Source of the DNA: Acidobacteriota bacterium
GTDB lineage: Bacteria > Acidobacteriota > UBA6911 > JACQSX01
Length of the DNA stretch: 39,744 bases
Direction of reading: 5' to 3'
Assembly (NCBI GenBank): GCA_036507075.1
Contig: DASXQR010000107.1
Coordinates: 1 to 39,744 of the forward strand
Under the pieces are notes generated by a model. It made no database searches. It worked only from the letters and a program-made list of their open reading frames with translations, and was not told the DNA's origin. Positions 25,965 through 36,018 of this stretch are shown one piece after another. Both the position numbers and the translations under genes were made by a program. Every line of letters starts with the position of its first letter. Positions within the stretch are counted from its first letter, which is position 1.

Positions 25965-27725
25965 ATGCTCAATAAAAAACTTTTTCACCACAAAGACACG
26001 AAGGGCACAAAGGTCTTCGTGTTCTTAGTGTCTTTGTGGTTCATTTTCTTTTTCCTGCCGGCACAATCTGCCGACAAAGCCGACCTGGTCATCACCAATG
26101 CCAGGGTCCTGACCGTAGACAAGAACTTCAGTGTGGTTCAGGCGGTCGCCGTCCGGGGAGACAGATTCATTGCCGCGGGAACAAACGAGCAGATCCGGAA
26201 ATGGGCAGGGGCCAACACTCAGGTCATCGACGCGCGCGGGAAAACCGTGATCCCCGGGATCATCGAGAGCCATTCTCATTCCACCGACGTGGCGCGGAAT
26301 GAAGCCGTGCAGAAGTACGAAGAAATGACTTCCATCCCCGTGATGCAGGCGTGGGTGCGACGCATGGCGGCAAAAAAACCCGCCGGCGAATGGATCGTGA
26401 TCCCGCGCGCTTATCCAACAAGACTTCAGGAACGGAGGTTCCCCACCCGCGCGGAACTGGACGCCGCCAGCAACCGCCATGCGGTGGTGATGGATGGAGC
26501 CTACAGCCACGTGCTCAACGGCCTGGCGCTGGAAAAGGCGGGCATCAGGCGCAATTCTCCTGCCCTTGCCGTGGGTGAAATCGACCGGGACAGCCAGGGA
26601 AATCCCACCGGCCTGCTTCGAAACGCGGGCAAATACCTGGCACGGTTTCTTCCTTCCTCAAACGCTTCCCGGGAGGAAGTGTTGAACAAGATGGCGGAAG
26701 TGCATCGCGTATATGCGTCCGTGGGGATCACCAGCGTGATGGAGAGAGGTGCGTCGCTTGACGACTACCGTCTTTATGAAGAGCTGCGCCGGCAAAACCG
26801 GCTGTTGCTGCATTCGCGAGTCACCCTGCGGATTCCGGGCTCTTCGGGCCCCGAGACCGAGCAGTTTATCCAGAGCCTCCCTTTCAAGCCGGGGTCAGGC
26901 GATGAGTGGCTCTCGCCGGGGCCGCTGAAAATAGTGGTCGACGGCGGAATTTTGATTGGAACCGCTTTTATGCGCGAACCCTACGGGGCCAAAGCAATGC
27001 CGCTGTACAACCTTTCGGATCCGAATTATCGCGGCAGCCTGACTTTGAAGCCTGAAGCGGTGCGCGAAATCATTACGGCGGGTCATCGCCTCGGCTGGCA
27101 GATGTCCTCTCACGTCACGGGAACTGCCGGAGTCGACATTGTGCTGGATGGAGTGGAAGCGGCCGGCAAAGCAAAGCCGATCGAGAAGGCCAGATACAAT
27201 TTGATCCATGCCTACTTTCCGGACAAGCAGGTGGCCGCGCGCGCGCGCAAGCTCGGGGTTTGCGTTGACACGCAACCAGCCTGGTTCTACAAAGACGCTG
27301 ACAGTCTGGCAACAGCCCTGAGCAGCGACCTGATGCGGCGCTTCATCGGCATGCGCGAATGGCTCAACGCGGGTGTCACTGTCGTTGCCAATACGGACCA
27401 CATGTTGGGAATGGACCCGAATACGGCTCTCAATCCGTTCAATCCGTTTCTCACAATGGGCGTTATGGTGACGCGAAAAACTCAGGGAGGCCAGGTCATC
27501 AGTGAAGAGCAGAAAGTTTCCCGCGAGGAAGCGCTTCGCATGATGACGATCAATGCCGCCTACCTTACCTTCGATGAAAAGCTGAAGGGATCCATCGAGC
27601 CGGGAAAGCTGGCCGACCTGGCCATGCTTTCGGATGACTTTCTGAAGTGCCCGCCAGACAAGATCAGGGATATCCGCCCGGTCCTGACCATCGTCGGCGG
27701 TCGCGTTGTCTACAAAAAGGAATAG
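25965..27725 (+). CDS. Amidohydrolase (YtcJ/Amidohydro_3 family), exported
   Basis: IDARGKTVIPGIIESHSH, GITSV, K..DGG, H..G, LIHA, GSIEPGKLAD. AGGAGG RBS before ATG 25965. Confidence 0.9.
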   Translation: MLNKKLFHHKDTKGTKVFVFLVSLWFIFFFLPAQSADKADLVITNARVLTVDKNFSVVQAVAVRGDRFIAAGTNEQIRKWAGANTQVIDARGKTVIPGIIESHSHSTDVARNEAVQKYEEMTSIPVMQAWVRRMAAKKPAGEWIVIPRAYPTRLQERRFPTRAELDAASNRHAVVMDGAYSHVLNGLALEKAGIRRNSPALAVGEIDRDSQGNPTGLLRNAGKYLARFLPSSNASREEVLNKMAEVHRVYASVGITSVMERGASLDDYRLYEELRRQNRLLLHSRVTLRIPGSSGPETEQFIQSLPFKPGSGDEWLSPGPLKIVVDGGILIGTAFMREPYGAKAMPLYNLSDPNYRGSLTLKPEAVREIITAGHRLGWQMSSHVTGTAGVDIVLDGVEAAGKAKPIEKARYNLIHAYFPDKQVAARARKLGVCVDTQPAWFYKDADSLATALSSDLMRRFIGMREWLNAGVTVVANTDHMLGMDPNTALNPFNPFLTMGVMVTRKTQGGQVISEEQKVSREEALRMMTINAAYLTFDEKLKGSIEPGKLADLAMLSDDFLKCPPDKIRDIRPVLTIVGGRVVYKKE

Positions 27726-27743
27726 CCGGAAGGCTTCCACGCC

Positions 27744-27961
27744 AACCGAACCGCGCGCGTAAGCAAGCGGACTCTCGATGTCATTGGTCATTGGTCATTA
27801 GTCATTGGTCATTGATAATCGGCGAGCGGTCAGATGTTCAGCCCTCAGAAGGCAGAGGCAATAGTTCAATTTGTAACTGGTGACCACTGATGCGCGATTA
27901 TGCCCGATGACTAATGACCAATGACATCAAGAGTCCGCTTGCTTACGCGCGCGGTTCGGTT
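27744..27961. repeat. Long inverted repeat (49-bp arms, 1 mismatch) with heptamer tails, between convergent genes
   Basis: AACCGAACCGCGCGCGTAAGCAAGCGGACTCTCGATGTCATTGGTCATT at 27744-27792 versus its reverse complement at 27913-27961. Confidence 0.9.
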
Positions 27962-27975
27962 CTTGGCAGGGCCGC

Positions 27976-29055
27976 TTACGCCTTCAGCCACCGATCCAGG
28001 TTTTCTTTGACGAACGCGTCATCGTTCAGGTGGGGATAATTTTTGTAGACGCGGTCGATCTCTTCCATCTGCCCTGGTGAAAGGTCCTCGGCGGGATTCA
28101 GACACCAGCGGCCCGCCATCAATCCCTGCCTTCGCAGTACTTCATGCAATCCGGCAATGCACCCGGCAAAGCCGTTTGCGGGGTCAAAAAATGCGGCATT
28201 GCTGTCAGTCACCTCGGCAGACTGCGCCAGAATATCTGCTGTATTGCGGCATCCATCGCGTCGCGATTGAAGGACCGTGTCCAGCAACTCTGCTGCCCTT
28301 TTTGTCCACACCGCCCAGTGCCCGAGAAGGCCGCCCGCGAAGCGCAGGCTTGCGACTTTCCCGCCTTCGCTGATCCGGAATTCCGTCACAAGATCGGCCA
28401 CAATGTTGTCATCGTTTCCCGTGTAAAGAGCCACCTCTCCGGAGCGGCCGCTGCCGGCAAGCGCGCGCAGCACATCCAGTGTCTGGTATCGATTGAACGC
28501 GGCCACCTTGATTGCCGCCACGTTCTCAATTTCCAGAAAGCCACGCCAGAAGCTGTAGGCGAGCAGCCGCCCTCCCGCGGCCGGCTGCAGATAAAAACCG
28601 AACAGCGGAATGATTTCAGCGACCCTTCTGCAATGCGCCAGTAGTTCTGTTTCAGAAACCTGTGCCATTGCGCCAAGGCTCAGCAGGCCCAGGTCGTAGC
28701 CGATTTCATGCGCTTTTAGCGCTTCCTTGACGGCCTGATCCGTTGTGCCGCAGATGCCGGCAACGGTTACGATTTTTTTCCCGCCCTGACGTTCGCATGA
28801 TCGCACGGCCTCAATGCCCAGCTTCAGGACCGGCTCGAACAAACCGATGCGCGGATCGCGAATGGCAAACTGTGTGGTGTGAACTCCGATGGCGACCCCG
28901 CGCGCGCCGGCGTCGCAGTAGTAACGGGTCAACGCGATTTGCCGCCTTTCATCCAGCCGCCGGTCGCCGGTCAGCGCCAGCGGATGCGCCGGAATAACGA
29001 TTCCGGCCCGTAACATTGCGCTGATCTCCGGGCTGAGCATAGGGAACCGTGGCAC
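27976..29055 (-). CDS. Dihydrodipicolinate-synthase-family class I aldolase/lyase
   Basis: IPAHPLAL, GVHTTQF, FYLQP, Schiff-base region AIKVA, YTGNDD. Confidence 0.85.
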   Translation of the reverse strand: MPRFPMLSPEISAMLRAGIVIPAHPLALTGDRRLDERRQIALTRYYCDAGARGVAIGVHTTQFAIRDPRIGLFEPVLKLGIEAVRSCERQGGKKIVTVAGICGTTDQAVKEALKAHEIGYDLGLLSLGAMAQVSETELLAHCRRVAEIIPLFGFYLQPAAGGRLLAYSFWRGFLEIENVAAIKVAAFNRYQTLDVLRALAGSGRSGEVALYTGNDDNIVADLVTEFRISEGGKVASLRFAGGLLGHWAVWTKRAAELLDTVLQSRRDGCRNTADILAQSAEVTDSNAAFFDPANGFAGCIAGLHEVLRRQGLMAGRWCLNPAEDLSPGQMEEIDRVYKNYPHLNDDAFVKENLDRWLKA

Positions 29056-29058
29056 GGC

Positions 29059-30132
29059 TCAATACCTTCCGTTGATCACTTCAAATTTGGTTGGTTTGTC
29101 CAGCGTCGCGCCGCCGGCCTCGATCCAGTGCGCGATCCATTCCATCAGCGTCGGCAGCGAAATCTCAGGAAGCCCGAGCAGCTTATGGCAAAGCGAGGCG
29201 TCGCTGAGCAGCGCTCCCGCCGCCGGTTGCCCCTCAAACCGAAGGGGCTTGCGAAATTTGTCGGAGAAAAACTCGGCTGCCGAGCGAATGGAGATCCTCT
29301 CGGGACCGGTGACATTCAACACACGCGGCGGCGACTGGCAATGTTCCAGACTGCGAAATGCGTAGGAGTTCGCATCACCCTGCCACAGGGCGTTTACACA
29401 GGGAACGGTAAGCTCAATCGGCCGGCCGCCCCAAACCCACTGCGCGACATCCACCAGCACGCCGTAACGGAGGTCGATGGCGTAATTCAATCGGAAGATC
29501 AGGCACGAGGCGCCGTTCTCGCGCGAGAAGTATTCAAACACTCGCTCCCGGCCAAGACATGATTGCGCGTATTCTCCTACCGGAGCGGGCGCGTCGCTTT
29601 CCACGGACCCGCGCGAATCAGACGGAACAAACGGGTATACATTCCCGGTGGAAAAAACCACCACGCGCGAGGCGCGGAAACGCGCGCCGACAAGAGCGGG
29701 CGCCACGGTGTTAATCGCCCAGATGAGATCCGATCTGCCGGTCGATCCAAATTTTCTGCCCGCCAGAAAGAGCACATTTTCACAACCGGGAAGGTGGCCA
29801 ACTTGCTTCTCGTCGAGCAGATCACAGGAAATAGTATCAATTCCTTGCCGCTCCAGATCGTCTCTGGCTTGCCCGTCGGAAAAGCGGGAAACAGCGAACA
29901 CCCTTCGCGTTGCGCCCACCGAATCAAAAGCGCGCCTTACGCGGAGGGCGAGTGAAGGGCCCATTTTGCCGCCCGCTCCAAGAATCATCACATCTCCGGT
30001 CAAACGGCGCGCGCATTCCAGGTCGGCGGCGTTGGGGCGTGACAGCAATTCCTCCAGCTCGCTTTCGTCTCGCGGCGGCCGAATAGAAGTCTTGCTGTTC
30101 TCTTGTTCGGATTTCACTTTGCTTCCTTGCAA
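29059..30132 (-). CDS. NAD-dependent epimerase/dehydratase (extended SDR)
   Basis: ILGAGGKMG Rossmann motif, FSTGNVY, EYAQSC.GRE, FRLNYA. Confidence 0.88.
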   Translation of the reverse strand: MQGSKVKSEQENSKTSIRPPRDESELEELLSRPNAADLECARRLTGDVMILGAGGKMGPSLALRVRRAFDSVGATRRVFAVSRFSDGQARDDLERQGIDTISCDLLDEKQVGHLPGCENVLFLAGRKFGSTGRSDLIWAINTVAPALVGARFRASRVVVFSTGNVYPFVPSDSRGSVESDAPAPVGEYAQSCLGRERVFEYFSRENGASCLIFRLNYAIDLRYGVLVDVAQWVWGGRPIELTVPCVNALWQGDANSYAFRSLEHCQSPPRVLNVTGPERISIRSAAEFFSDKFRKPLRFEGQPAAGALLSDASLCHKLLGLPEISLPTLMEWIAHWIEAGGATLDKPTKFEVINGRY

Positions 30133-30210
30133 GCAGATTCCTGCTTATTGAATATCACGGTGTTTTGCAGGGGAGCAAACGGAGAGTCGTTTTCACAAAT
30201 ATTAGAGCTT

Positions 30211-30341
30211 GCCACGAAGACACGAAGACACGAAGTTTAATGATTCAATTAGAATTCCCACTTCTGCGATAACCGGGTTGGGCTGCGAGAAGTATCATTT
30301 CAAGACAATACCGGTCCTTCGTGTCTTCGTGCCTTCGTGGC
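30211..30341. repeat. Inverted pair of (CACGAAGA)3 octamer arrays
   Basis: GCCACGAAGACACGAAGACACGAAG at 30211-30235 versus CTTCGTGTCTTCGTGCCTTCGTGGC at 30317-30341. Confidence 0.85.
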
Positions 30342-30365
30342 CAGCATTCCGCAGCCAAATCTCCG

Positions 30366-30394
30366 TTTACAAATTCAGTAATCGCGGAGACAAT
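30366..30394 (+). promoter_or_regulatory. Candidate sigma70 promoter for the symporter operon
   Basis: TTTACA, 17-nt spacer, GACAAT, lying 33 nt upstream of ATG 30428. Confidence 0.35.
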
Positions 30395-30427
30395 CTAGGG
30401 CCAACCCTCACGCGCGACAGGAGAAAA

Positions 30428-32221
30428 ATGCAGCTCAAGCTCATCGACTGGTCCATTGTAGCCGTCTATTTCGCCGCCAGCCTGCTGGTAGGGCTCTTCT
30501 TTACAAAGCGCGCCAGCCGTGACACCGAACAGTACTTTCTTGCCGGACGTTCGATCCCCTGGTGGCTGGCAGGCGTTTCCATCGTCGCCACCACGTTTTC
30601 CTCCGACACGCCGCTGCTGGTCACCGGAATTACCGCCCGCGGCGGCATCGCGGGCAACTGGGTCTGGTGGGCCTTTGCGCTTTCGGGAATGCTCACCGTC
30701 TTCTTCTTTGCCCGGTTGTGGCGCCGCGCCAATGTAATGACCGACGTGGAATTCGCTTCCATCCGCTATTCGGGAAAAGGCGCCGACTTTCTGCGAATCT
30801 TTCGAGCCGTTTATCTGGGACTTCCCATCAACGCGATTGTCTCAGGCTCGGTGACACTCGGGATGGTAAAGATTCTCAAAATTACCGTCGGTGTGAATGA
30901 AATCGTGGCGGTGCTGGTATGTTTTGCGATCACAACGATTTATTCCACGTTAGGCGGTTTCCTGGGTGTCCTGTGGACCGACTTTTTTCAATTCTTCCTG
31001 GCGATGATCGGATCCATCGCTCTCTCTTACTTTGCAGTCAGGGCTGTGGGCGGATTGGATGCATTGCCCGCTGCTTTGTCGCGAACCCATGGCTCGTCGG
31101 AGAATATATTGAGCTTCCTTCCCTATGCGGAATCGGCCTACCTTCCGCTGGTTTCACTGGCGGTGTTTTTTACCGTGCAGTGGTGGGCTGTCTGGTATCC
31201 CGGCGCCGAACCGGGCGGCGGCGGCTACGTGGCGCAGCGCATGTTTGCCGCAAAAGATGAAAAGTCTTCGCTGCTGGCAACTCTCAGCTTCAACGTGATG
31301 CACTACACACTTCGGCCCTGGCCCTGGATCCTCACCGCTCTGGCGGCAATGGTTTACTACGCCGGGAATCCGGCAGTACAGGCAGATCCGGAATCGGGAT
31401 ACGTGCGCTTGATCGTCGATGTGCTGCCACACGGCTGGCGCGGGGTCCTGGTGGCGGCAATGATGGCGGCCTATATGTCGACCATCTCGACGCAACTGAA
31501 CTGGGGCGCTTCCTATCTGGTCAACGACGTTTACCGGCCTTACATCCGCAAGGATGCCGCCGAAAAGCATTACGTTCTGATTTCAAGAATCGCCTCGGTG
31601 ACCATTATGATTTTCACCGGACTGGTGGCTCTCAAGCTGGGCCATGTGACCCGCGCCCTCGATATCCTGCTTTCCATCGGGGCCGGCACCGGACTGGTAC
31701 TGATCCTGCGCTGGTACTGGTGGCGCGTCAACGCCTGGTCGGAAATCTCGGCTATGATCGCCGCAGCAGTTGTTTCCCTGACGCTGCAGTATGCATTCGG
31801 GCCGGAAGCATTCGGACTTTCCAACACGCCGCACGATCTGCAGGTCTTTTTCGCGTATTCGCTGCTGATCACCACTGCCATCGTTACGGTAGTCTGGCTG
31901 GCTGTAACCTACATGACCAAGCCGGTCGAGCAATCCAAGCTGGTCGCGTTTTATCGCAGGACCCGACCGAACAAAGCCGGATGGAAACCAGTGGCACGGC
32001 TTGCCCCGGACGTGGTGTCGACCGAAGGGGGAAAAGTCGCCCTGGTGCAATGGGTGCTTGGTTGCGGCTTGATTTATTTTTCCCTGTTTGGCGTCGGGCA
32101 GATCATTTTCGGCCGGTGGTTGATCGGGTTGATCTTCAGTGCGTTGGCTCTGGCGTGCGGCTACGGCATCTTCCTTGGGCTTTCGCGCAAGGCCGACGAT
32201 GATTTGTGGAGAAAATCGTGA
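30428..32221 (+). CDS. Sodium:solute symporter (SSS family)
   Basis: DW.IV..YF, YFLAGRSIPWW, ATTFSSDTP, QRMFAAK, AAYMSTIS; AGGAG RBS. Confidence 0.92.
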   Translation: MQLKLIDWSIVAVYFAASLLVGLFFTKRASRDTEQYFLAGRSIPWWLAGVSIVATTFSSDTPLLVTGITARGGIAGNWVWWAFALSGMLTVFFFARLWRRANVMTDVEFASIRYSGKGADFLRIFRAVYLGLPINAIVSGSVTLGMVKILKITVGVNEIVAVLVCFAITTIYSTLGGFLGVLWTDFFQFFLAMIGSIALSYFAVRAVGGLDALPAALSRTHGSSENILSFLPYAESAYLPLVSLAVFFTVQWWAVWYPGAEPGGGGYVAQRMFAAKDEKSSLLATLSFNVMHYTLRPWPWILTALAAMVYYAGNPAVQADPESGYVRLIVDVLPHGWRGVLVAAMMAAYMSTISTQLNWGASYLVNDVYRPYIRKDAAEKHYVLISRIASVTIMIFTGLVALKLGHVTRALDILLSIGAGTGLVLILRWYWWRVNAWSEISAMIAAAVVSLTLQYAFGPEAFGLSNTPHDLQVFFAYSLLITTAIVTVVWLAVTYMTKPVEQSKLVAFYRRTRPNKAGWKPVARLAPDVVSTEGGKVALVQWVLGCGLIYFSLFGVGQIIFGRWLIGLIFSALALACGYGIFLGLSRKADDDLWRKS

Positions 32222-35200
32222 GCGCAGATGTTGGTCATGCGGAGAGACGGCCCGAGGGCCGTCTCGGGCGAAGTCGACGGCAGGGCAATCACGGGACATT
32301 TCCTGAGACGGCCCTCAGGCCGTCTCTCCGACCTAAACCTCCAGCTCCCCCACTCTCCCACTCCCCCACTCCCCCACTCCCCAGCTCGCTCCTGCTCGCT
32401 CTACTCCTGCTGGCCTCCGGCGCGCTTGTGCGCGCGGCGGAGCCGGCTCGCGTTTGGGAAGCTCCGCTGGTCATTCCCACCTACGAAGTTGGAGCCCCCA
32501 ATCCCAATCCTCCATTGCTCGAATCGCAAAGGCGTCGCTGGCATCCAATTTATCCTTACCCGATGCTCGACACGCTGACGGGAAAGAAGATCGAAAAGTC
32601 ATACCGCGCCGTGTATCTGGAGAACGAATATTTGCGGGTGGTGGTATTGCCCGACCTGGGCGGGCACCTGTACGAAATCTTCGACAAGACCGCCAATCGC
32701 GACGTGCTTTATACCAATCATGTGATCAAGTACGCGATGGTGGCGATCCGCGGCGCCTGGGTTTCGGGCGGGATCGAATGGAATTTCCCCGACGGGCATA
32801 CGCTGACCACAGTCTCGCCGATCGATTACGCCACGCGTGTAGATGACGAAGGGGTCGCTTCCGTCACTGTGGGCGATACCGAAAGGGTTCAGCGCATGCA
32901 GTGGGCGGTGGAAATCCGCCTGCGGCCGGGATGGAAAACCGTGGAGACGGAGGTCACGCTCAACAACCGGCGTGAACTTCCCGGGCGCTACTGGTTTTGG
33001 GCCACCGCCGCCGCTCCCGCAAAAAACGACATGCGCTTCGTGTATCCGATGCGTGAGGCTTACCCGCACACATTCTGGCCCGTGTTTTCGTTTCCGCGCG
33101 AGAAAGGGGTCGACATCGGAACTTATCGTGAAGTTCCCAATCCCCTTTCTCTTTTTGCGCGGAATTCGCTGCGCGATTTTTTCGGCGTCTATTACGAAAA
33201 GTCGGACTGGGGAGTGGTGCATGTTGCCGACCACCGCGAAGTCCCGGGAAAGAAGAGCTGGACATGGGGGACAGACGATACGGGGAACATCTGGATTGAA
33301 AAACTGACGGACAACGACGGGCAATACGTCGAATTTCAAGCCGGCCGCTTCGAAACGCAAATGGAACATGAATGGATGGAGCCGCACCGGGTGGAACGGT
33401 TCACCGAATACTGGTTCCCGGTGAACGGCATGGGCGGCGGCTTTGACGAGGCGACCCGTGAAGCGGCGCTCCATGTCGTCGTTGAAAGACAAAGCCTGCG
33501 CGTTTCCGCCAATGTAAACCGCGCCTTTGCCGACGCCGAGCTGCTGATCGAATCAGAAGGAAGGCAAATTGCCCGCAAAACCGTACAACTGGATCCGGCC
33601 AGCACGCTTACCGCCACGTTCGATCTTGCCGGCTCTGACAATCGGCCCGTCGTTGTGACGCTTCGGACTCGCGAGGGGCGCGAACTGCTCCGCTACCGGA
33701 GCGACACCCCTGCCGATGGCAATCCGGAATTCAAGCCGGCCACACGCCCTGCCGTCGACCAGGCGGTGGACGGCAGCGCCGAGCAGTCGTTTTTTAAGGG
33801 ACTGGTGGCCGACAAGGAAAGCAGGGACCTGGTGGCGCGCGCTGCGTACCGGGAAGCCTTGAAGCGGGATGCCGGATTTGCGCCGGCTCATGTCGCGCTG
33901 GGCCTGTCCTACCTGCGCACCGGGGAATACGACACGGCAGCCGAGCACTTGAATGCCGCTTTGAGAAGGAATCGGTATCTCAACGAAGCGCATTATTATC
34001 TCGGTTTGGTGCGCCGGGCGCAGGGCCGTATGGTAGAAGCCGGTGATCACCTGACGCGTGCCGCGCGCGCCGGTTACCGCGAAGCGGCGGCGCGTTACAC
34101 GCTCGGGGAGATGGCGCTTGCGGCAGGCAAACCCGATGATGCCCTCGGCCTGCTGGCGCAATCGGTGGCACTCAATCCCAAAGATGTCAAAGCCCGCGCG
34201 CTGCTGGCGATGGCCGAGCGCAAGGCGGGCAGGATCGAGCAGGCCCGCAATCGAATCGAAGCCGTGGTACGCGACATGCCGATCGATTACTTGGCGCTGC
34301 ACGAACAGTACGCGACTTTTGCGGCGCCGGCGGACAAAAGCAAAGCCGATCAGGCGCGCGCCGAGCTGTGGCGCTTGCTTTCACGCGAGCCGGATTCTGT
34401 GCTGGAACTCGCGTTCGACTATGCCGGGGCCGGACAACTTGACCAGGCTCGCGCCATTCTGCAGGAGTCCATCGACCGCGGCCCCAGGCTCGCGGCCGGC
34501 CGCGAGGCCATGGCGGCCGCTGACGACAGGATTTCTCCCGTCTACCCGATGCTCCGCTACGCTCTCGGCTATTTCCTCGAAATCACCGGAGATATGCCGG
34601 CCGCGCGGCAACAGTACGCGCTGGGCGCCGCTGCAGATCCCGCATTTGTGTTTCCGCACCGCCTGGAAGAAATCCAGATCCTGCAGCACGCCCTGGCAGC
34701 CAATCCCGGCGATGGAAGGGCGGCTTACTACCTGGGCAATGCGCTGGCTTCAAAGTACCGGTCCGCCGAGGCGCTGGAATCCTGGAAGCAGGCCGTCAGG
34801 CTGGATCCGGGCAACCCGGTCGCGCGTCGAAATTTAGCCAGGGCGCTTATGACCGAAGCATTGGAACATTCCGGGCGATCAGCCGCGAAAAACAGAGAGC
34901 GCGCGACAACCGGGACAAAGCCAGGCGAGACCGGAGGTAAACCGCGCGACGCCAGCGCGCCGGACGACATGACCCAGCGAGCCATAATGGAGTATGAACA
35001 AGCCATCCGGCTTGCGCCGAACGATCACCATTTGTACCTTGAGCTGGACCGGCTGCTGGCCGCAAATCGCCAGGTGCGACGGCGCATCGAATTGCTCGAA
35101 TACGCGCCCGCAGCGGCGCGCTCGCAATCATCCCTCTCTCTCGCCCTGGCGGCCGCTTACGCCGACGCGCAGCGTTATGAGGATGCCGCGCGAATTCTGG

Positions 35201-35793
35201 AACAGAATTCGTTTGTCACAGGCGAGGGCGAAAATTCGGCGCTGGGTGTTTACAGAAACGCGCACCTGGGGCTGGCGCGCGGGCATCAAAAGGCAGGCCG
35301 CCACGCGCAGGCTGCCGCCGAATTCGTGAAAGCGACCGAATTTCCACGAAACCTGGGCGTCGGCCGTACCTCCACTCAATCGCAAGCGAAAGAATATGTC
35401 GCCGCAGCTCGCGAATATGAGCTGGCGGGCAAAAGCGCCGACGCGGAAGCGCTCTGGCGGCGGGCGGCCGATGAGCCTTTGAAATCCCCGGTGCAACCTT
35501 CCGAGCCCTGGTCGGAACATTATTACTACAAGGCGCTCGCGCTGGAGCACGTCGGCCGGCGCGATGAAGCACGAGCCCTGTATATGCGGCTTGCCAATCT
35601 GGCCAATGATGAAATGATGCTGCGCGCAGAGTCGGGTCCTCCGGAAGGCGCGATTCGCTTTGTGCTTTCCGCTCTCGGACTCAAGGCGCTGGGAAGAATC
35701 CAGGACGCCCGCGCCGCCGTTGAGCGAGGCCTGAAACTGGAACCCGGCAGCGAAAGATTGCGAGAATTGCAGAGAAGTTTGAAAGCGAATTGA
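32218..35793 (+). CDS. DUF5107 domain + TPR repeat protein, exported
   Basis: PTY..G, YPYP, LENEYL..LPDLGG, GAWVSGGIEWNFP, GKKSWTWG, YVEFQAG, followed by many TPRs. GTG 32218 has a GGAG RBS and overlaps the upstream TGA. Confidence 0.85.
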   Translation: MSADVGHAERRPEGRLGRSRRQGNHGTFPETALRPSLRPKPPAPPLSHSPTPPLPSSLLLALLLLASGALVRAAEPARVWEAPLVIPTYEVGAPNPNPPLLESQRRRWHPIYPYPMLDTLTGKKIEKSYRAVYLENEYLRVVVLPDLGGHLYEIFDKTANRDVLYTNHVIKYAMVAIRGAWVSGGIEWNFPDGHTLTTVSPIDYATRVDDEGVASVTVGDTERVQRMQWAVEIRLRPGWKTVETEVTLNNRRELPGRYWFWATAAAPAKNDMRFVYPMREAYPHTFWPVFSFPREKGVDIGTYREVPNPLSLFARNSLRDFFGVYYEKSDWGVVHVADHREVPGKKSWTWGTDDTGNIWIEKLTDNDGQYVEFQAGRFETQMEHEWMEPHRVERFTEYWFPVNGMGGGFDEATREAALHVVVERQSLRVSANVNRAFADAELLIESEGRQIARKTVQLDPASTLTATFDLAGSDNRPVVVTLRTREGRELLRYRSDTPADGNPEFKPATRPAVDQAVDGSAEQSFFKGLVADKESRDLVARAAYREALKRDAGFAPAHVALGLSYLRTGEYDTAAEHLNAALRRNRYLNEAHYYLGLVRRAQGRMVEAGDHLTRAARAGYREAAARYTLGEMALAAGKPDDALGLLAQSVALNPKDVKARALLAMAERKAGRIEQARNRIEAVVRDMPIDYLALHEQYATFAAPADKSKADQARAELWRLLSREPDSVLELAFDYAGAGQLDQARAILQESIDRGPRLAAGREAMAAADDRISPVYPMLRYALGYFLEITGDMPAARQQYALGAAADPAFVFPHRLEEIQILQHALAANPGDGRAAYYLGNALASKYRSAEALESWKQAVRLDPGNPVARRNLARALMTEALEHSGRSAAKNRERATTGTKPGETGGKPRDASAPDDMTQRAIMEYEQAIRLAPNDHHLYLELDRLLAANRQVRRRIELLEYAPAAARSQSSLSLALAAAYADAQRYEDAARILEQNSFVTGEGENSALGVYRNAHLGLARGHQKAGRHAQAAAEFVKATEFPRNLGVGRTSTQSQAKEYVAAAREYELAGKSADAEALWRRAADEPLKSPVQPSEPWSEHYYYKALALEHVGRRDEARALYMRLANLANDEMMLRAESGPPEGAIRFVLSALGLKALGRIQDARAAVERGLKLEPGSERLRELQRSLKAN
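32241..32390. repeat. In-frame palindrome pair and octamer repeat in the 5' end of the DUF5107 gene
   Basis: GAGACGGCCCGAGGGCCGTCTC and GAGACGGCCCTCAGGCCGTCTC, then (CTCCCCCA)n. Confidence 0.75.
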
Positions 35794-35889
35794 CGGTTGT
35801 GAAACTCCAGCGCGCTGCGAAGCAGCGCTACAGTACCGCGATCCGTAAGGTCGCGGCGCGCCCACCGGCCGAGTCTCATGCCAAGCTGT

Positions 35890-35940
35890 CCGGGGGCTTA
35901 CGCACCCCGGCTACAATTCTTTTCGCCCGCGTCGCGGGCG
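35890..35940. repeat. GTAG-type REP hairpin plus GC-rich hairpin
   Basis: Reverse strand GTAGCCGGGGTGCGTAAGCCCCCGG; also CGCCCGCG-T-CGCGGGCG. Confidence 0.65.
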
Positions 35941-36018
35941 AGAGAATGTAAAATTGAACGCTGGATCATTTAATAGAAACCACCAGGGCACCAAGCCAGA
36001 AAAAACGGGATTGAGATT

